Part shown: one piece after another, positions 63,603 through 64,000 of the stretch
How the letters are laid out: each line of letters opens with the position of its first letter
Position numbering within the stretch: the stretch's first letter is position 1
Origin: Diadema antillarum
Taxonomy: Eukaryota
DNA: 64,000 nt
Assembly: GCF_040938485.1 (NCBI RefSeq)
Contig: NW_027271177.1
Location: forward strand, 868,001-932,000
Direction of reading: 5' to 3'
Program-made: the position numbers and the translations under genes
Notes under the pieces: model-generated
Databases searched by the model: none
What the model was told of the DNA's origin: nothing
What the model saw: the letters and a program-made list of their open reading frames with translations, nothing else

Positions 63603-64000
63603 GTCGGCTCGTAGATTCCTTGCTGGCTTCCACAGTATGCGCGCAGGCTTTTGGCATCTCAACTTTTGTTTCCACACCTGCCAACTTCTCCATTAACTTC
63701 CTTCTTAGACGTGTTTTCCGTACTAGCTGACCAAAGTGGCCATGTGAGCCCATAAAAGCCTTCACCGGAAGAGAAGACCGACCCACTTAGAAGGCACAGG
63801 GAAAGGGGGGCCGCTCCGCTCCGCTAAAGGTTGCCATATGCCGCCTTTCTCTCGGCTGGCCCGCCGTTTAATGCATTTATGCATACACGCGGATTTCTTG
63901 AACACTAGCACACCGAGTGGGTAAGGTGTAAGAATGATGCGATAAAGGACGTTTGGTGGCTGTCGTCATTTTCGCTAGGGCCACTCTGTTCTCGAGGTGT

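Overview
This is animal genomic DNA, probably from a marine invertebrate deuterostome such as an echinoderm (inferred from the repeat types and microsatellite content). The scaffold has eight N-gaps (about 7022-7222, 7937-8064, 18069-18273, 37360-37520, 41983-42336, 43671-43917, 47500-47683, 54112-54264). The only protein-coding gene I can support is a small-conductance Ca2+-activated K+ channel (KCNN/SK family) on the + strand. Its first coding exon here (740-1699) encodes a long N-terminus plus S1. It is joined through a 57.9 kb phase-0 intron to a 96-bp exon (59562-59657) encoding S2, which is too short for the ORF track. The next exon was not found and probably lies beyond the window. The intron is full of non-autonomous DNA transposons (Harbinger-, EnSpm-, Kolobok-, Sola2- and MULE-like), a four-level transposon nest with an Academ-like transposase remnant, a MITE-associated 170-bp satellite, and microsatellites. 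The best leads are two candidate cassette microexons that would alter the S1-S2 loop, candidate internal promoters that could give S1-less isoforms, a uORF abutting the start codon, and a hammerhead-like remnant inside a perfect inverted repeat. All of these need transcript or comparative data. I found no prokaryotic systems, CRISPR arrays, tRNA or rRNA genes. Repeat-family names are from recalled terminus and TSD rules, not from database searches.
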